A stretch of 64,000 nucleotides of DNA, from contig NC_086108.1 in the NCBI RefSeq assembly GCF_963921235.1, forward strand, positions 45,386,001-45,450,000, given 5' to 3'. Below the pieces are notes generated by a model. That model did not search any database, was not told where the DNA came from, and worked only from the letters and a program-made list of their open reading frames with translations. The stretch comes from Mobula hypostoma (Eukaryota). The translations under genes were made by a program, and so were the position numbers. Position 1 is the stretch's first letter, and each line of letters begins with the position of its first letter. This document shows positions 1 through 12,040 of this stretch, piece after piece.

Positions 1-2390
1 TATGGATTATTCACCTCCATCATGGCCAAACAATTAGAAGAGTTTCTACCCACACTGATACATAAGGATCAGATGGGTTTTATACAACAATGCCAAACAC
101 AAGACAATATACGAAGGACACTTCACATTATGGATCATATACAAAAAAATAAAATTGAAGCAATAGTGATAAGAGTGGACGCTGAAAAGGCATTTGATTC
201 GGTTAATTGGAATTTTCTTTACAGAGTTTTACATAGATTTGGTTTCCATGACACAATTATTAAAACTATACAGGCGCTATATGACAATCCTACTGCTAGG
301 ATTAAAATCAATGGATATTTATCAAATAGTTTTACCCTAGAAAGGGGCATGAGACAGGGTTGTGCATGGTCACCACTACTCTTCGCATTATATCTGGAAC
401 CATTAGCTCAATACGTCAGACAAAATGAAGATATCAGGGGAATTACTATTAAAGGGACAGAGCATAAATTGGCCTGTTACGCAGATGACATTTTGATCTA
501 TCTAGGGCAACCAACATACTCTTTACCTAAATTGATGCAATCCTTTGAACAATATGGTCAATTATCAGGATACAAGATCAACATAGATAAAACCCAATTA
601 CTTTCATATAACTATAGCCCTCCAAGAGAAATTGAAAGTAGATATCCCTGGGCATGGCAAATAGAGTCTTTCAAATATTTGGGCATCATTATGCCAAAAG
701 ATTTGGCAAAATATCAGAATGCAATTATCCGCCTATATATAAAAGAAATTAAGGAAGATATAACAAGATGGAACCTAATTCTTTTTTTTAGTCTCAGTTC
801 AAGGATTGAATCCATTAAAATGAATATATTACCCAGACTATTATATCTCTTTCAGAACCTACCAATAGAGATTAATCAGAATCAATTCAATGAATGGAAC
901 AAAATGTTATCAAGATATATATGGCAAGGTAAAAGGCCTAGAGTTCGTCTCAAAACTTTGCAATTAGCCAAGGAAAAGGGGGGATGGGGCCTACCTTCTC
1001 TTAGAGATTACTATTTTGCAGTACAGTTGAGAGCTGTGATATGCTGGTGCAACCCATCATCTGACACTCAATTGAGGAGAGGATACTTTCCATCCACATA
1101 CAGGTAATTTTGGCTGATAACAACCTACAAAGTTACATAAATACTATTGATAAACCATGGGTGAAATGGACTCTTAAAATATGGAAAACTATTATAAAAG
1201 AATATAAACTAGAGGGAGATATTGCAATTCTTAAGTGGTGTGCATATGACTCGGATTTTACGCCGAATAAACTGGATGCTAGATTTAAAGACTGGACAGC
1301 TAAAGGAATAACAGTTCTTTGCAATATAATGAAAGAAGGAACACTGTTCAGTTTTGAAATGCTTAAAGAGAAACACTTATTAGAAAAAACAAGACTTTTA
1401 TCGGTATTTACAGATGCAACAGTATGTTAATAGGAGGGTTAAAAATGTAACCAAGGCAAGTACATGTTTGATAGAGCTAGAAAAGCATATAATTCAGATA
1501 ACGGTAGTAGAATCATTTCAAGTGCGTATAAGGGTTTGTCAAATCTTAAAACACATTCGACTTCATACATTAAAACAAAATGGGAGAAGGAAGGAGGGAT
1601 AATTATATCTGAGGAAGAATGGATAATAATATGGAGATATCAATGGAAGTGTACCAGTTCACAGAAATGGAGGGAGTTTGGATGGAAAAACTTGATGAGA
1701 TATTTTATTACACCCTCTCAGAAATCCCATTATGATAGTAACCTCCTTGTTTGCTGAAGAAATTGTGGAAATCAAAATGCAAACCAATATCATGTTTTCT
1801 GGGATTGCCCCATTATCAAAGACTATTGGGGTGGGATACACAAAGCTCTTTAAGGTATTAAATGTGAAATACCCTTCGAAAGTAAGACCATATATTTTGG
1901 GTATATACCTCAAGAATGGTTGAAAAGAGATAAATATTTAATGAATTTACTGCTGGTGGCTGGTAAAAAGACCCTTACCAGGAAATGGTTATCACAGAAG
2001 AGCCCAACGTTAAGCGCATGGATGAAAATTACAATGGACATTTACAAAATGGAGAAGGTAACAGCATCTGTTAATCATAAGCCGGAACAATTTGATTCAC
2101 ACTGGGAAAAATGGTTTAACTACATAACACTTCATAGGCCTGATTTTATTCTCACAAATCAATGAATATGTTGTAAAAAACAAAGATCACTCTCTACTTG
2201 TACATAGTTTTCTCCCTTTGCTTGTTCTTTCTTTCCTCTCTTTTCTATAAGTGTATACCTCAGATAAATATTATGTGGAGATTTGTGGCAAATATGACTA
2301 TATGATATACATGTACAGTATCTGAAATACATCTTATGGAAATGTTTGTTTGATGATGAACTTCTATAAAAAATAAATTACAAAAAAAAT
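1..2390 (+). mobile_element. L1-clade LINE, ORF2 (RT and C-terminal Cys-rich domain) with 3' UTR and poly(A); frameshifted, 5' part outside the window
   Basis: ORF 22-1107 has RT motifs DAEKAFD, QGCAWSPLLF, YADD and KYLGI. Further frameshifted pieces run to 2165, including C-x3-C...H-x4-C near 1750-1810. AATAAA and an A-rich tail lie at about 2371-2389. Confidence 0.92.
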
Positions 2391-2444
2391 TATGCTATGA
2401 CTTTGTTGCATTTTTCTCAATATCTTTGAAACATGATTACTTTG

Positions 2445-3099
2445 TGAAACTCTCAGGTTTCCTCGGCTGCGTAAGTCTGGGGAAGACAATCTCTGGCCCT
2501 GCCAAACGTGTGAGATTGAGGTGTGAGCCCACCCCAAACCTCCTGTTTGTGTGGACGCTGTGTAATTCGTTACCTTGTTACAAATTAATGCCACAAAGTA
2601 ACAGACAGCACACTGCATACGATTAAATGAATTATATTTATAAATCTTAACTAAAGGGTTAGTAAAGAATAATAACAAGTAAAGGGCCCATTCTAATTAA
2701 ACAGTTAAATATGCACAGGTTGAAGCTCATCTTGAACTTCCCTGTCACTCACAAGCTGGGCCCTCGGTCAATGTGGAAACACACACCACCTTCCAAACGC
2801 TGCCCACAATCCACCTCGAACAAACAGGTCTCCCACCAGATCATATCCTAAGACCTGTACTCCCCAGCGTCTTCTCTCTTCATCTACTCTTGAACAAAAG
2901 CTCCAAGTCCAACCTTAGTGTCCCTCACTAGAGGAACCTCCCCTTAATCAGACTATCCTAATTGGATGGCACACAATTCTCCTCTCGCTTATCTTCAACT
3001 GTAACCCAAACATAAGCGGAAAACAAGCAGCTCGCACAGAACAGCACAAAATGAAATACATACAGCATAACAGTAAAAAATATGAACCAGGGCATTACA
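2445..3099 (-). mobile_element. Solo LTR of a Gypsy family related to the element at 53928-56521
   Basis: TG...CA termini with a 4-bp target site duplication TTTG (2441-2444 and 3100-3103). Clear similarity to 55607-56521 (aagggcccatt..., ...aaccaggg..ttaca). Confidence 0.8.
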
Positions 3100-3414
3100 T
3101 TTGTTTTTCCTTCTCTCTAGATACGTGTCAAGGGATGTTTTCTCTACTTGCTTCCCCTAAAGTGTAGAAACTATCTTTGGTGCAACACTACTCCCACTAA
3201 TATACCAATGAGAAATAGCTTAGAACTGGAATAATTCTAAGGCTGCAAGGCTTAAGGTCATTTTCAAAGCATCATAAACATGCTACAAATGTAAGAACAT
3301 AGAGTTGGTAAATTAAATTAGTAAATTAGTTCATTAATATCACATGTACCAAAATACAGTGGAAAAAATTGTTTTCTGTACCATCCAATCAGATCATTTC
3401 ATCCTTTATCTAGC

Positions 3415-3922
3415 AAATGATATGTTGGCATTGGAGTGGATTCAGAGGAAGATCATGAGAATGATCACCAGGAATGAAAGGATTAACATATGAAGAGCAT
3501 TTAATGGCTCTGGGCCTGTACTGGCTGGAGTTTAGTAGAGTGAAGAGGGATCTCATTGAAACTCACTGAATGTTGAAAGGCATAGTTAGACTTGACATAG
3601 AGATGACGTTTCCAGTAGTGGGAGAATCTAGGAACAGGGTGCACAACTTCAGAATATAGAGGTGTTGCTTTAGAACAGAGCTGAGGAGGAATTTCTTTAG
3701 CCAGAGGGTGGTGAATCTGTGGAATCCATTGCAACAGATGACCATGGAGGCCAAGTGATTGGATGTACTTTACTGGAGGTTATAGGCTCTTGATTAGTAG
3801 TGGTATCAAAGGTTACAGGATGAAGGCAAGAGAATGGAGTTAAGAACGAAAATAAATCAGCCATGATCAATTGGCAGAGCAGACTCGATGGGCCTAGTTC
3901 TGCTCTTATGTCTTATGGTCTT
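3415..3922 (+). mobile_element. CR1 LINE 3' fragment
   Basis: Typical CR1 3' sequence (gaggaatttctttagccagagggtggtgaatctgtggaat) ending in a tcttatg-type tail. Confidence 0.8.
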
Positions 3923-3924
3923 AT

Positions 3925-4890
3925 TACAACAGTGCATTGATGTAGTACAAGGGAAAGCAATAACAGAATGCAGAATGAAGTATTACAGCTACAGTAGAAG
4001 TGCAGTTCAGGCAGACAGTAATGTGCAAGGAAGACTGTGACATCACAAATACACCTTACTGTGCTCTGGGACTATTCAGTCGATCTATAACAGCGGTAGA
4101 GAAACTGTCCTAGGGCTTGATGGTATGTGCTTTTGGGCTTTAGCATCATCTGTATGATGGGAAGGCGGAGAAGCGAGAATATCCAGGAGGGTGGGGGTCT
4201 TTGATTATGGTTACCATTTACCACGGCAATAGGAAGTATTGAGTCCATGGGAGGGAGGCTGGTTTTGTGATGTGCTGAGCTACACGCACATCTCTCTGCA
4301 GTTTCTTGCAGTCATGGCCAGAGCAATTGCTGTACCAAGCCGAGATGCTCTGAATGGTACCTCGATAAAAATTGTTGAGGGGAAATGGGGGCATGCTGAA
4401 TTTCTTTAGCCTCCTAAGGAAGTAGGAAAGAAGAGGCACCAGTGAGCTTTCCTGACTGTAGCATCTACATAGCTGGACTGGGACAGGGTGTTGGTGATGT
4501 TCACTCCCAACAACTTGAAGCTTTCAACCTACTTAACTCAGCCATATTAATGTAAACAGGAGCATGCATTCTGCCACCTGACAAACCCACCCCACCTCTC
4601 CTTCCTGAAGTCTTTTGTTTTGCTGCCATTGAGGAAAAGGTTGTTGTCATGAGACCATGTTGCTTGGGTCTCTATCTCCTTCCTGTACTCCAGTGCATCA
4701 TTATTTGAAATGTGGCCCACTGTGGTGGTACCATCTGCAAACTTGTAGTTGGAGTTAGAGCGGAATCATTTGTGAGAGAAGCAGGGGTCTCAGGAAGCAG
4801 CCTGTGGGGCATTGGTGTTGCAAATAATGAAGCCAGAGGTGTTGCTGCCTATCCTTACTGTTTGCAGTATGTTGGTCAACAAGCCAAGGA
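3925..4890 (-). mobile_element. Rex1/Babar-type LINE fragment
   Basis: ORF 4218-4439 reads YFLRRLKKF...FYRGTI..SISAWY..C...KKLQR, the Rex1-type ORF C-terminus. Confidence 0.75.
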
Positions 4891-4979
4891 TCTTGTCACA
4901 ATCGTGGACTCTGCTACGCGGTTTATGTGCCTGCGCAGCTTGGCTGTTGAACAGGTTCGGCAGTTGTGCTCATGAATGT

Positions 4980-6245
4980 AACATACATCAAAGTTGCTGG
5001 TGAACGCAGCAGGCCAAGCAGCATCTATAGGAGGAGGCGCAGTCGACGTTTCAGGCCGAGACCCTTCGTCAGGACTAACTGAAGGAAGAGTGAGTAAGGG
5101 ATTTGAAAGTCGGAGGGGGAGGGGGAGATGCAAAATATGAGAAGACAGGAGGGGGAGGGATAGAGCCGAGAGCTGGACAGGTGATAGACAAAAGGGGATA
5201 CGAGAGGATCATGGGACAGGAGGTCCGGGAAGAAAGACAAGGGGGGGGGGTGACCCAGAGGATGGGCAAGAGGTATATTCAGAGGGACAGAGGGAGAAAA
5301 AGGAGAGTGAGAGAAAGAATGCGTGCATAAAAATGAGTAACAGATGGGGTACGAGGGGGAGGTGGGGCCTTAGCGGAAGTTAGAGAAGTCAATGTTCATG
5401 CCATCAGGTTGGAGGCTACCCAGACGGAATATAAGGTGTTGTTCCTCCAACCTGAGTGTGGCTTCATCTTTACAGTAGAGGAGGCCGTGGATAGACATGT
5501 CAGAATGGGAATGGGATGTGGAATTAAAATGTGTGGCCACTGGGAGATCCTGCTTTCTCTGGCGGACAGAGCGTAGATGTTCAGCAAAGCGGTCTCCCAG
5601 TCTGCGTCAGGTCTCACCAATATATAAAAGGCCACATCGGGAGCACCGGACGCAGTATATCACCCCAGTCGACTCACAGGTGAAGTGATGCCTCACCTGG
5701 AAGGACTGTTTGGGGCCCTGAATGGTGGTAAGGGAGGAAGTGTAAGGGCATGTGTAGCACTTGTTCCGCTTACACGGATAAGTGCCAGGAGGGAGATCAG
5801 TGGGGAGGGATGGGGGGGACGAATGGACAAGGGAGTTGTGTAGGGAGCGATCCCTGCGGAATGCAGAGAGAGGGGGGAGGGAAAGATGTGCTTAGTGGTG
5901 GGATCCCATTGGAGGTGGCGGAAGTTACGGAGAATAATATGTTGGACCCGGAGGCTGGTGGGGTGGTAGGTGAGGACCAGGGGAACCCTATTCCTAGTGG
6001 GGTGGTGGGAGGATGGAGTGAGAGCAGATGTACGTGAAATGGGGGAGATGCGTTTAAGAGCAGAGTTGATAGTGGAGGAAGGGAAGCCCCTTTCTTTAAA
6101 AAATGAAGACATCTCCCTCGTCCTAGAATGAAAAGCCTCATCCTGAGAGCAGATGCGGCGGAGACGGAGGAATTGCGAGAAGGGGATGGCGTTATTGCAA
6201 GAGACAGGGTGAGAAGAGGAATAGTCCAGATAGCTGTGAGAGTCA
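4980..6245 (-). mobile_element. Penelope-like element, left arm of palindrome (RT C-terminus/linker, GIY-YIG endonuclease, 3' tail)
   Basis: Reverse complement of 6246-7479. Translation DSHSYLDYSSSHP...IPFSQFLRLRRICS is typical of Penelope-like elements. Confidence 0.9.
5041..5076 (-). ncRNA. Minimal type I hammerhead ribozyme motif (Penelope tail)
   Basis: Minus strand reads AGUC-CUGACGA-AGGGUCUCGGCCU-GAAA-CGUC-GACU. Confidence 0.75.
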
Positions 6246-7514
6246 CCTCTTCTCACCCTGTCTCTTGCAATAACGCCATCCCCTTCTCGCAATTCCTCCG
6301 TCTCCGCCGCATCTGCTCTCAGGATGAGGCTTTTCATTCTAGGACGAGGGAGATGTCTTCATTTTTTAAAGAAAGGGGCTTCCCTTCCTCCACTATCAAC
6401 TCTGCTCTTAAACGCATCTCCCCCATTTCACGTACATCTGCTCTCACTCCATCCTCCCGCCACCCCACTAGGAATAGGGTTCCCCTGGTCCTCACCTACC
6501 ACCCTACCAGCCTCCGGGTCCAACATATTATTCTCCGTAACTTCCGCCACCTCCAACGGGATCCCACCACTAAGCACATCTTTCCCTCCCCCCCCCTGCA
6601 TTCCGCAGGGATCGCTCCCTACACAACTCCCTTGTCCATTCGTCCCCCCCATCCCTCCCCACTGATCTCCCTCCTGGCATTTATCCGTGTAAGCGGAACA
6701 AGTGCTACACATGCCCTTACACTTCCTCCCTTACCACCATTCAGGGCCCCAAACAGTCCTTCCAGGTGAGGCATCACTTCACCTGTGAGTCAACTGGGGT
6801 GATATACTGCGTCTGGTGCTCCCGATGTGGCCTTTTATATATTGGTGAGACCCGACGCAGACTGGGAGACCGCTTTGCTGAACATCTACGCTCTGTCCGC
6901 CAGAGAAAGCAGGATCTCCCAGTGGCCACACATTTTAATTCCACATCCCATTCCCATTCTGACATGTCTATCCACGGCCTCCTCTACTGTAAAGATGAAG
7001 CCACACTCAGGTTGGAGGAACAACACCTTATATTCCGTCTGGGTAGCCTCCAACCTGATGGCATGAACATTGACTTCTCTAACTTCCGCTAAGGCCCCAC
7101 CTCCCCCTCGTACCCCATCTGTTACTCATTTTTATGCACGCATTCTTTCTCTCACTCTCCTTTTTCTCCCTTTGTCCCTCTGAATATACCTCTTGCCCAT
7201 CCTCTGGGTCACCCCCCCCCGTCTTTCTTCCCGGACCTCCTGTCCCATGATCCTCTCGTATCCCCTTTTGCCTATCACCTGTCCAGCTCTTGGCTCTATC
7301 CCTCCCCCTCCTGTCTTCTCCTATTTTGCATCTCCCCCTCCCTCTCCAGCTTTCAAATCCCTTACTCACTCTTCCTTCAGTTAGTCCTGACGAAGGGTCT
7401 CGGCCTGAAACGTCGACTGCACCTCTTCCTACAGATGCTGCTTGGCCTGCTGCGTTCACCAGCAACTTTGATGTATGTTGCTTGAATTTCCAGCATCTGC
7501 AGAATTCCTGTTGT
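6246..7514 (+). mobile_element. Penelope-like element, right arm of palindrome
   Basis: ORF 6766-7092 GVIYCVWCSRCGLLYIGETRRRLGDRFAEH...VATHFN is a GIY-YIG endonuclease, followed by a pyrimidine-rich UTR and a hammerhead-bearing tail. Confidence 0.9.
7383..7418 (+). ncRNA. Minimal type I hammerhead ribozyme motif (Penelope tail)
   Basis: Stem I AGUC/GACU, core CUGACGA at 7387-7393, stem II AGG/CCU, GAAA at 7407-7410, predicted GUC cleavage after 7414. Confidence 0.78.
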
Positions 7515-7759
7515 TTGTGCTCATGAATGTGTATGTTTCAGCTAATTGCTGTTTCATTATGTTGGTATCTAACTCCCTTCTTTTCATTCTCGTCTTGTCG
7601 AGACTTGACCAAAAACACAGCAATATTAACATTCTCTACTTACCCTCGGCCTTGTCCAGGACAGAGGACTAATGTTTCAACTGACACTGGAAAGGAGAGG
7701 TATTCATTTACGATTTAGTTATTGCTTCCAGCCACAGTGTTGGCACTTAACTTTCTGCT

Positions 7760-8070
7760 TGAGAGTTTCAGGTAACAGTCCTGTTGGCCTAGCCTGATTT
7801 TCTTTTCCCTTAATTTCTGCAACAGTTCTCATTAAAGTCAGTGAACTGTAGACCCACTTCAGTGTCTCTCTCTTTCCACACTTAGACTACATGCGAACGT
7901 TAAAACTGCAGTTCTCGCTGTTGTAACGTTCAGATATGGCCCAAATGCGGAGGGAGAGGCACTGAGCGTGTCAACAGTTTGCTGACTTTATTGAGAACCG
8001 TTGCAGAATTTAAAGGAAAAGAAAAACAATAAATGCTTGGGCAAATGGGCTGTTAACCAAAAATCTCAAA
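7760..8070. repeat. Two diverged LTR-like ends in inverted (tail-to-tail) orientation
   Basis: 7760-7904 aligns to the reverse complement of about 7922-8070 (ttctgcaacagttctcattaaagtcag / ctgactttattgagaaccgttgcagaa). Confidence 0.55.
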
Positions 8071-8079
8071 TGTCTCAAG

Positions 8080-9470
8080 AATGTTGGTGGATGGGGGAGA
8101 AGTGAATGTATTAATAAGGAGCATGTGTTAGGGAAATTGAAAGTTCTGTAGTCAGCTAACACCAAATGGACCACAGCTCAGGGTTCTGAAAGAGGTAGCT
8201 CGGGGCACTAGGAATGATCTCTTAAGAATCACCAGATTGTGGAATGGTTCTGGACGACTGAGAAATCGTAAACGTCACTCCACTCTTTAAGAAGAAAGGG
8301 AGACATAGAAAAGGAAATTTTTCACCAGTTAGCCTGACTTCATTGTTTGGAAAGATGACGGAGTCCATTAGTAGGAATGAGATTTCAGGGTATTTGGCGC
8401 ACAATAAAATAGGCCAAAGCCAGTATGGTTTCCTTAAGGGGAAATCTTGTCTGATAAACCTGTTGGAATTCTATGCAGAAATAATAGGCAGGGTAGGCAA
8501 AGGAGAATCAATGGAAATTGTTTACTTAGATTTTCAGAAGGCCTTTGACAAGGTGCCGCACATGAGGCTGCTAAACAAGATAAGAGCCCGTGGTGGTACA
8601 GGAAAGGTACTAGTATGGACAGAAGATTGGCTGAATGGCAGGAAGCAAAGAGTTGGAATAAAGGGGGCATTTTTTGGATGAAGGCCGGTGATAAGTGGTG
8701 TTACATTGGAGTTGTTGTTGGGACCGCTTCTTTTCACTTTTTAAGTCAATGATTAGATGGTGGAATTGATGGCTTTTTGTCCAAGTTTGCAGTCAATACG
8801 AAGACAGGGAGAGGAACAGGCAGTGTTAAGGAATCAAGGGGTCTGCAGAAGGATCTATTAGGTGAATGGGGAAAGAAGTGGCAGATGGAATATAGTGTAG
8901 GGAAGTGTATGGTCATGCACTTTGGTAAAATAAGCAATAGCTTAGACTATTTTCTAAATGGGGTGAAATGATGTGCTGGCATTGGAGAAGGTCCAGAAGA
9001 GGTTCATGAGAATTATTCCTGGAATAAAAGGGTTATGAGGAGGGATTGATAGCTCTGAGCATGTACTGGCCAGAATTTAGAAGGATCTGGGAGGACTCAT
9101 TGAAACCTATCAAATATTGAAAGTCCTAAATAGAGTAGATGTGGAGAAGATGTTTCCAATAGTGGATGACTCTTGGACCAGAGGGCATGGCCTCACAGTA
9201 GAAGGATGTTCCTTAGGACAGAGATTAGGAGGAATTTCTTTAGTCAAAGGGTGGTAAATTTGTGGAATTCATTGCCACAGACAGCAGTGGAGGCCACCAT
9301 TAGGTATATATAAAGCAGAGGTTGATAGGTTCTTGCTTATTAAGGTCATCAAAGGTTATGGGGAGAGGGCAGGAGAATAGGGTTAAGAAGATAAGTCAGC
9401 CATGGTCGAATGGTGAAGCAGTTTTGATTGGCCAAATGCCCAAAGTCTGCTCCTGTGTCTTAGAGTTTTA
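8080..9470 (+). mobile_element. CR1 LINE RT fragment, decayed
   Basis: SQYGFLKGKSCLINLLEF, YLDFQKAFDKVPH, KWQMEYSVGKC and a CR1 3' UTR. Confidence 0.88.
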
Positions 9471-10225
9471 AAACAAAAGGGATGGTCATTGACTTTGTGA
9501 TTTGCAGTGGTGCACTTGCTCTTGTCCATATAGCGATGCTGAGGCTCAGAGCTTCAAGTTCCTAGAACCAACCACGTAGATACTATTGCCAAGAAAGCTC
9601 ACCAAAGCCTCTACTTCTTCAGGAAGCTAAACAAGTTTGGCATGTCTCCATTGACACTTTATATCATACACAATAAAAAGCATCCTATCTGGATGCATCA
9701 TAGTTTGGTATGGCAACCGTTCTGCCCATAACCGTGAGAAACTGCAGAGAGTTGTGGACAGAACTCTAAACATCATGGAAACCAATCACCCTGACCCTGT
9801 CTATACTTTCTGTTGCCTCAGTAGAGCAGCAGCATCAGCAAAGTCTCCATCCAGCCTAGAACTTCTCTCTCCTCCTCCTCCCATCGGGCAGAAAACACAA
9901 AAACCTGAAAGCATATGCCACCAGGCTCAATGACAGTTTCTATAGGATCTCACCATTACATGATTCCCTAGTTCAACAGATGCAGAATCTCTTCCTGTAT
10001 ATTTTCAATAAGATAGACTATTGACTCACAATCCACTTCATTATGACCTTCCACCTTATTATCTACATACACTATACTTTCTCTGTAGCTGTTACTTTTT
10101 ATTCCACATTCTGTTATTGTTCCACCTTGTACGACCTCAATGCACTGTGTAATGAATTGATCTGTATGAACAGTATGCAAGACAAGCTTTTCAGTGCATG
10201 TGATAATAAGAAACTAGTTCCAATT
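9470..10225 (+). mobile_element. Rex1/Babar-type LINE 3' fragment
   Basis: ctctacttcttcaggaagct..., tggtatggcaac..., aaactgcagagagttgtgg; same family as 3925-4890. Confidence 0.7.
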
Positions 10226-10463
10226 CCGTATTGTCAACATTCATCCCCCTAATCTCATTAAGCATTCTCATCACTCCCTCTAAAACTCAATCAAGTTTGT
10301 AAGACAAGACCTTCTCACATAAAGCCGTGCCTGATGTCCCAAGGAAGTCTATGCTTTTCCAGATGCGAGTAGATCCAAGCCCTAATAATCTTCAGTGATT
10401 TCTCTACCATCAGTGCAAGACTAAGTTTGTCTCTATTGTCTTTAAACAGAGGAACAACTTTGG

Positions 10464-10793
10464 CGACGAACGACATCTCCGCAGAGTTTCCTCAATCGTC
10501 TTGATAATCTTATGGATGGATGAAACATATGGTGTCTATCTTTGGAGAAGGCACGGGAGCACGTGGCCTGTCCGATTAAACCAGTTTAGTGTGATTACGA
10601 CCTTGCTGCTGGGTCATTGGCTGAGGAGGGGACACTAACATTATTTTGCTTATCCAGAGTGGATTTGAAAAATGTTGTGGAGTTGGTATCTGTGGTCCTT
10701 GTCTAATTCTTTAAAGTGCCTGCTGCAGGTGATCCATGTATCTGAAATGAGATCAGGGATCACAATTGCCTGGTAGAGTGTAACCAATTCAAC
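10464..10793 (+). pseudogene. Candidate endogenous viral AEP/D5-like primase remnant, part 1 (motif I DxD)
   Basis: My translation of the frame starting at 10443 gives ...CLSLEKAREHVACPIKPV*CDYDLAAG...VDLKNVVELVSVVLV*FFKV...NEIRDHNCLVECNQFN, with in-frame stops. DYD is at 10593-10601. It matches no transposon family I recognise. Confidence 0.45.
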
Positions 10794-10945
10794 TTTATTT
10801 GATTATTTATTGAGACACAGTGTGGAAAAGGCCCTTCCAGCTCTTCGAGCTGCGTCAGCAAGCAATCCCCCGAATTAATCCTGGCCTAATCATGGGACAA
10901 TTTACGATGCCCAATTAAGTTAACAATCGAGACATCTTTGAATCA
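10794..10945 (-). mobile_element. HE1-like SINE 3' fragment
   Basis: T-rich tail followed by ggcccttccagc..., gggacaatttacgatgcccaattaa. Confidence 0.5.
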
Positions 10946-12036
10946 GGTTAAAATCACTGGCATAATCCGGGAAAATTGTTAACTTTGCAACAGCAGTACA
11001 ATGCACTACATGACAAATATAGAAAAAATACATGAATTACAGTAATTATATAATGTATATTAAATCATTAAGTTAAAATAAGTCGCGCAAAAAACAGTAA
11101 TAAATAAAAACAGTGGTGAGATAATGTTCATGGTTTCAATGTCCATTTCAAAATCGGGTGGCAGAGGGGAAGAAGCTGTTGGTTTTTAAAAGCATCCCAA
11201 TCCTCTAGCTTCCCACTAATCTTCTATGTTTCCAAAACCTCCACGCTTTTCTTAACATGGGGTGACCAGGATTGAAGAGTGTGTGCCTTCAGGCTTCTAG
11301 GCTTCCGTAACTCCTTCCTGACAGTAACAGTGAGAAGTGGGCATGTCCTGAGTGGTGGGGGTCCTTAATGATGGACGCCACCTTCTTGAGGCACCGCTCC
11401 TTGAAGATGTCTTGGATATTATGAAAGCTCGTACCTGTGATGAAGCTGACTAATTTTACAACTTTCTGTAGCCTCTTTTGGTCCTGTACAGTAACCTCCC
11501 TGTCCCCCCCCCCCATTACCAGACAGTGATATGTCAGCCTGTCAGAATTCTTATCTGTAGAAGTTTTTGAGTGTTTTAAATGACAAACCAAATCTCCTCA
11601 AACTCCTAATGTAGTATAGCTGCATTAATACGTTGTGATTAGGTTAGGTCCTCAGAGATATTGACACCCAGGAAGTTGAAACTGCTCACTCTCTCCACTT
11701 CTGTTCCCTCTATGAGGATTGGTTTGTGTTCCCTGTTCTACCCTTACTGAAGCCCACAATCAGCTCTTTGAATTTATTAACGTTGAGTGCAAGGTTGTTG
11801 CTAGCTGGTATAGCTCTCTCCTGTACACCCTCCGTCACCATTCTGCCAACAATGGCTGTATCATTCTTAAATTTATAGATGGTATTTGAGCCTATACCTA
11901 GCCACTCGTTCCTGGGTGTAAGGAGAGTAGAGCAGTGGGCTAAGCACACATCCCTGTGGTGCACCAGCATTGATTGTCGGCGAAGTGGAGATGTTATTTC
12001 CAATCCGCACAGATTGTGGTTTTCCGGTAAGGATCC
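10945..12036 (-). mobile_element. Rex1/Babar-type LINE (RT C-terminal half and 3' UTR)
   Basis: GAPQGCVLSPLLYS, NLALNVNKFKELIV, LQKVVK..IIKDPHH in minus-strand ORFs. Confidence 0.85.
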
Positions 12037-12040
12037 ATAA

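Noticed and set aside
5693..6769. Two near-identical 213-214 aa ORFs on opposite strands beginning MKSLILRADAA
   Set aside because: Read-through across the palindrome centre; the N-termini are antisense Penelope sequence, not a gene pair.
10461..10470. TGGCGACGA as an LTR primer-binding site
   Set aside because: No adjacent LTR terminus; it falls at the junction with a CR1 remnant.
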